From assembly GCF_963921235.1 (NCBI RefSeq), contig NC_086108.1:79052001-79116000 (forward strand): a DNA stretch of 64,000 nucleotides, given 5' to 3'. This document shows, one piece after another, positions 62,279-64,000 of the stretch (positions are counted from its first letter, which is position 1; every line of letters starts with the position of its first letter). The notes under the pieces are model-generated. The model had not been told where the DNA came from, did no database searches, and was given only the letters and a program-made list of their open reading frames with translations. Origin of the DNA: Mobula hypostoma. Its lineage: Eukaryota. The translations under genes were made by a program, and so were the position numbers.

Positions 62279-62599
62279 GTAAGTATTCAGATAGTGGAGA
62301 AAAATGCAAACTTTGCGTGAAATAATCAGTCATTGATATGTAATGTCAAACCTTAGAAGGCAGGTTGCAGTTCGTCAATTAGCAAATGATTGGTAAGTAA
62401 ACTATTTTGGTTTTCTTTAAGGTGGGTAATATTCTGGTCTGTAAAATTGTGATCATACTGTTGCTGCTTTATAAATGCCCATCTATTACATCATCCACTA
62501 TGTGGAATTTATTTTGATCAACTCTCTGGAAAAGTGGAACCTTGCAGTGCAGAAAGGGCCATTTGCCCATTGTTCTGTGTTGGCTCTTTAAGATAGATA

Positions 62600-64000
62600 T
62601 GCAGGGGGGTAAGAAAGGTTAAAATTGGAGGAATATTAGTTGGGAATAGTAACATTAATTTTGTCTATATATATATATAATTTTTTTTTGTTGTGGGGGA
62701 GCTGGAAGAAGCACTGACCAATTGCTACGCTATTCATGTGTGCAAGCGTGGCTTTAGCCACGACCCGTAAAATGGAGGGGGGTAGTGTTGTGTATCTTTT
62801 CATTCACAACATTAGTGGGGGGGTATTTTGTTTTTTCTTTTTTTGTATCCTTTCTATCTTTTTTTTTTCTTTTTGCCTGGAGGGTTGGGGGGGAAACACA
62901 TAGCAACATGGTGAAGTTCAAAGAGATTCCCCAAGGAACTATGAGAGTTGAGAAGATACTTAATGTTTTAGATTGGAGTAACTTTGTTAAGAATAATGAC
63001 TAATTTATAGAATTTTTTGAGTTTTAATGTTAACGGGCTTAATGGACAAGTGAAAAGAAAAAGAATCTTAACACATATTAAAAAAATGAAGATAGATTTA
63101 GCTTTTTTACAGGAAACGCACCTAACAGAAGCAGAACATCAGAAACTAAAGAGAGATTGGGTGGGTAGTGTTGTTGCGGCTTCATTTAATTCAAAAGCGA
63201 GGGGAGTAGCAATTTTGAATAATAAAACGTTACCAATTAGAATACAAAATGTAATAACTGATTCTGTGGGGAGATATGTGATTATACATTGTCAACTTTT
63301 CTCTGAACTATGGACTTTTATGAATATTTATGCACCAAACGAAAATGATGCAAAATTCATACAAGAAGCTTTTTTGAATTTGGCGGATGCACATGAAAAA
63401 ATATTAATTGGAGGAGACTTTAATTTTTGCTTAGACCCAGTCTTAGATAGATCAACCAAGGCTGTTATAAAATCGAAGGTAGTAAATCTAACTTCATCAT
63501 TGATGAAAGATTTAAATTTGATTGATATATGGAGAAGAATCAATCCTAAAGAAAGAGACTATTCGTTCTATTCTCATAGACATAAAACTTATTCAAGGAT
63601 AGATTTTTTCCTATTATCAATGCATATTCAACACAGAGTGAAAAATATGGAATATAAAGCAAGAATATTATCAGATCATTCTCCCTTATTAATGACAATA
63701 ATAATGGCTGATAAGGAAGAAGTGGCTTATAGATGGCAATTTAATTCAACATTATTAAAACGTCAAGATTTTTGTGATTTTATGAAAAAGCAGATTCAAT
63801 TTTTTTTGGATACAAATTTTCATTCAGTGGATGATAAATTTATATTATGGGATGCGATGAAAGCATATCTTAGGGGCCAGATAATAAGTTATACGTCTAA
63901 AATTAAGAAAGAATATATGGCAGAACTAGATCAATTGGAAAAAGAGATTACAAAATTAGAAAAAGAATCTCAAAGATATATGTCAGAAGAAAAACGAAGG
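62600..64000 (+). mobile_element. L1-clade LINE: inter-ORF spacer and ORF2 endonuclease (runs off the window)
   Basis: ATG at 62996, stop at 63008-63010, then open: SFNVNGLN, AFLQETHL, NIYAPN, IGGDFN, YSRIDFF, LSDHSPL, LWDAMKAYLRGQIISY. Confidence 0.94.

Noticed and set aside
1..64000. CRISPR arrays, rRNA, tRNA genes, prokaryotic operons
   Set aside because: None seen; the sequence is eukaryotic and the only tRNA-like pieces are a PBS and a SINE head.

Overview
Repeat-dense vertebrate genomic DNA. The mix of CR1, Neptune-type Penelope, Rex1/Babar, RTE-derived, Gypsy, L1, hAT and Helitron repeats suggests a cartilaginous fish, probably a ray (inference). The only clear host gene is a + strand fatty-acid elongase most similar to Elovl8. 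Its five coding exons (54761-62278) have matching phases and an HxxHH box, and the gene continues past the window end. A probable CpG-island promoter and first exon lie near 25.1-25.2 kb. The most unusual signals are inside retroelements. (1) An old minus-strand Gypsy LTR element (8740-11960) has its RT/RNaseH/integrase core replaced by an intronless, decayed copy of the RBM25 RRM coding region, consistent with retrovirus-like capture of a host mRNA. (2) A 573-bp non-coding retroposon (37915-38487, 11-bp TSD) begins almost exactly at G1 of a near-canonical HDV-like ribozyme that has a long J1/2 and an extra hairpin in L3. (3) Penelope termini carry minimal hammerhead ribozymes, and some form TSD-flanked fold-back mini-elements. 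Family and gene assignments come from recall and reading by eye, not from database searches. Repeat boundaries without a TSD are approximate.
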